A stretch of 62,728 bases of DNA, counting the filler, from Choristocarpus tenellus KU-1152 (Eukaryota; Protista; Phaeophyceae): assembly GCA_964200185.2 (NCBI GenBank). It is 10 parts of 10 records of this genome, joined end to end, with 100 filler letters (N's around TTAATTAATTAA, not from the genome) between each part and the next. Parts side by side here need not be neighbours in the genome. Positions count along the whole stretch, not along the records: positions 59,679 to 62,728 come from CAXNAD020022685.1; 9 more parts are not named here. One strand, written 5' to 3'. This document shows positions 59,932 to 62,728 of this stretch, piece by piece. The position numbers and the translations under genes are program-made. Each line of letters begins with the position of its first letter. Position 1 is the stretch's first letter. Under the pieces are notes generated by a model. It was not told where the DNA came from, made no database searches, and was given only the letters and a program-made list of their open reading frames with translations.

Positions 59932-62139
59932 TCTATGCCTAGTTAAATATTCTGTTACTGGCATAGATCCTCCACACGTGACCCTTTCACGAAGTAGCAC
60001 CCTAAGTATCATCCTAGGACGAGCCCTCACATTTTCATTCCGTCACGAAATACGTGGGAAGAGCAGTGTTGGCAGCAGGAACAACACAATCCATAGCTGA
60101 TCGAATTAGACCTGATATCTCCCCCAGCTATGACTTTAGCGTGTTATCCGACTGACAATCACCCTACGATTGTTGTCCTCATCTGTCTATATTATATGCG
60201 GATACCAAGGGAAATCCAATTCTACAAGGTGAACGGCATAAAGCTATTCTGATCACTTGATCAAGGCTCTAATCTAGTATATCCCATTACTAGTCGCCAC
60301 CCTATTATTACCCTGGTTCTCCAGTTATGACATTTACGGACTATCAGGCAAACTACTACCTACCCTGAGCCGTAATATTTGATTTCATCGCGTATGCCAA
60401 GCGATAACAGCAACATCAGTGACAGGAATGGCACGCTCTACAACTAGCTTGGCAGGGTAATCAACACTTTGCCGCCCTTCTGTATGCACCTACCTGACGG
60501 TTCTAATGTTGATGTACCAGAAATGTTAACATTCACTACTACCATACTTACTCGACCTACTACTATTGGAATAGACCGACTACAAACTTATATATCCATC
60601 CCATTTACCCATCTTGACATCGCGGTCAGTCCTCCATTACATCACTTCTGCTCTATATCCCTCCACATATTACCCTACAATGTGTACAACTCGATCGGTT
60701 TCATCACCCATGCCCAGTTCCCACCTTGAACGAACCTACACTATTGCAGTGCATGGGGGTTTCCTCTTTTCTTGGGAGTATCCACAGGCTTGGGAAGCCC
60801 CCATTGAAATATTTCGAACCACTTTGGAACCGTTTTGACGCTATGAGGGATCCCCGTTTCGCACTGTTTTCGAACCATCTTGACGCATGTTGATGTTGGT
60901 GAGGAAGGAAGGGTTGATGGCATTCAACTTTTAAAAAGCGGTGCATGATACGGTTGCACAAGAAGTTGTATATAATATTTTGGTTAAAATGTGAATAATA
61001 CAAACATGACAAATCTAAATTCTAACGCCTTCAACTACTCCACTCCAGTACCAGTTGTACCTCTTCCTTAAACATAATGCGCGTCCTGGGGACCAGCTCA
61101 ACACTCTACACAACCATCGGTGCACACTCAACCTAACGTTTACTACTGACTAATGCTACTATGTGCAGAACACCTTTCTTAATTAACCTCAACCTCTAAC
61201 AACCCCATTTTCTCTTCGTAAATTGACATAGGGTTGTACAACTCTGAAAATGTGCTCCAAAGGATGTCATGCTACTACACAAAGGAATTACTGAATATGG
61301 CGGGGGGGTATTGAGATAATATTTTTACAGATGTGCAAATCGTAATTTGGTTGTCCAAAAAATACACAGAACCCAACATTCAAGATTCATCCACCACAAT
61401 GTGTTCTCCCACGTCAAGAAAAGCACTCGAATAAATGTGGAAACACGCTTAGAAGAGTGAACATGGCAAACACTTCTTTTAAAGCAGAACCCAAAACATG
61501 ATGGTACAAAGTGCTTGAAGGGATCCCCAGAAAAATCCCCAAGAACACCGTGAAGCGTCCCCAAAATGTGAGGGAAATATCTCTGAAAAGTCCCCCAAAT
61601 CGCGTCAAATTGATTCGGAAATAGTGCGAAATGGTTCCGTAACGACAACAAAAAGGTTCCGAAGAGATGGTTCGAAAATGAGGTGCTTCACGAAGTGCAG
61701 TGTATAGGACAATATCACCGAGCAGTTGGCCAATCACAGGGTTTTGAATGCTCAAGGTCAGAGCATTTTACGTTCTCCTGTACGGCTGTAAAACGTGGAA
61801 ACCAGAGACAAACCACCACACCCAGCTTGGTATCCACCGCTGCATGACCCCCTCCAGTGCTCCATAACAGGATTTTGTAAATGGAAACTTACGGATCAGC
61901 CCCTGTAAGGAAGGGATCTCTAAGTTAAACCTGAGTACATGAGGTCTGGGCAACACGCTATTGATATCAGTATTACTATTTCTCGGGTACTTCCTGGCCT
62001 CTTTAGCAAAACAAGACGAGTACCAAGAGGGTTGTGAGTTGAGAAGATTGTTGAAGAAGATGTGAAAGAAGAATATGTTAAAGTTTCTCCCAAATCATCA
62101 AGGAGGACAAAGGTGATGAACACAGTGAGATTGCTTGGT

Positions 62140-62728
62140 GTCTGTAGAGTGATTGATTAAAGTTAAGTGGGGCATGCAGCACCCTATAAAATTCAGAAAT
62201 ATTTCATTATATATGATAATTTTTCTCACACAACTAATCACTAGTAAGAGGTTCTGATAGCTCAACCGCTAATTGATTTTTCCTTTAGTCCATACATATC
62301 TTACTGCAACTGTTCGATAGAGTTGGAAGAGTCGAATCGAACACCCTCCCTAGCTCAAACAACTCTTGAGAACTGACAAGAAAACAATTACTGATCCTAG
62401 GAGACTCCTCGGGTCAATCTAGTATGACAAGAAAACAACCAGCTATTGAACTCACTGAAAAGAAATAAATCCAAACAAACACGTTCAAATTCAGCAAGAA
62501 GCAAACCACTGAACATACTATAAATTGTGCAAAGCCCCCGCATGCCTCCAAAAGGATATTTCTGCTATAGGCTTGGTCAAGACATCTGCATGCCGCTCAT
62601 CTGAAGGAACATGAACAATCCTTATTTGTCCGTTTGCTACCAAGTCCCTTAAGAAATGATGCCGTAAATCTATATGCTTTGTCCTGCCCGAACTCAAAGG
62701 GTTGTTTGCCAAATGGATGGCTCCTGTG
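62140..62728 (-). mobile_element. 3' end of a Ty1/Copia retrotransposon: RNase H C-terminus (62518-62728), PPT and 3' LTR starting at 62343 (far LTR boundary uncertain)
   Basis: GAIHLANNPLSSGRTKHIDLRHHFLRDLV...ADVLTKP; minus-strand AGGGAGGG immediately followed by TGTT. Confidence 0.9.

Noticed and set aside
61325-62123. Minus-strand ORFs as Helitron or host gene
   Set aside because: No convincing motif or consistent splice structure could be recognised.

Overview
Eukaryotic, intron-rich, transposon-rich DNA from a flagellated organism. A stramenopile alga, probably brown-algal, is my inference from gene structure, (CCCTAA)n microsatellites and transposon types. The window is not one locus. 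Nine identical 100-bp spacers (N44-TTAATTAATTAA-N44) join ten separate contigs, so adjacency across spacers carries no meaning. Host genes reconstructed exon by exon are BRF1 (TFIIIB subunit, 3' end missing), part of the dynein-2 heavy chain (DYNC2H1), part of an inner-arm axonemal dynein (DNAH7/DNAH3-like), a complete 3-exon Ctr copper transporter, a UBE2Q-like E2 enzyme (possibly with an unknown N-terminal extension) and two coiled-coil exons. Mobile DNA includes about 20 copies of three MITE families sharing a CAAAGTA terminal core with mostly 4-bp TSDs (Sola-like). It also includes two plant-type (DD39D) mariner relics, one carrying an internal inversion, plus solo LTRs, Copia/Gypsy relics and a CRE-like non-LTR 3' end. 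The least explained structure is a 9-unit array of conserved cores and variable spacers at 47.2-47.7 kb. Transposon copies show clear CpG decay. No new biological system can be demonstrated from the sequence alone; the array and the MITE system are the best leads.
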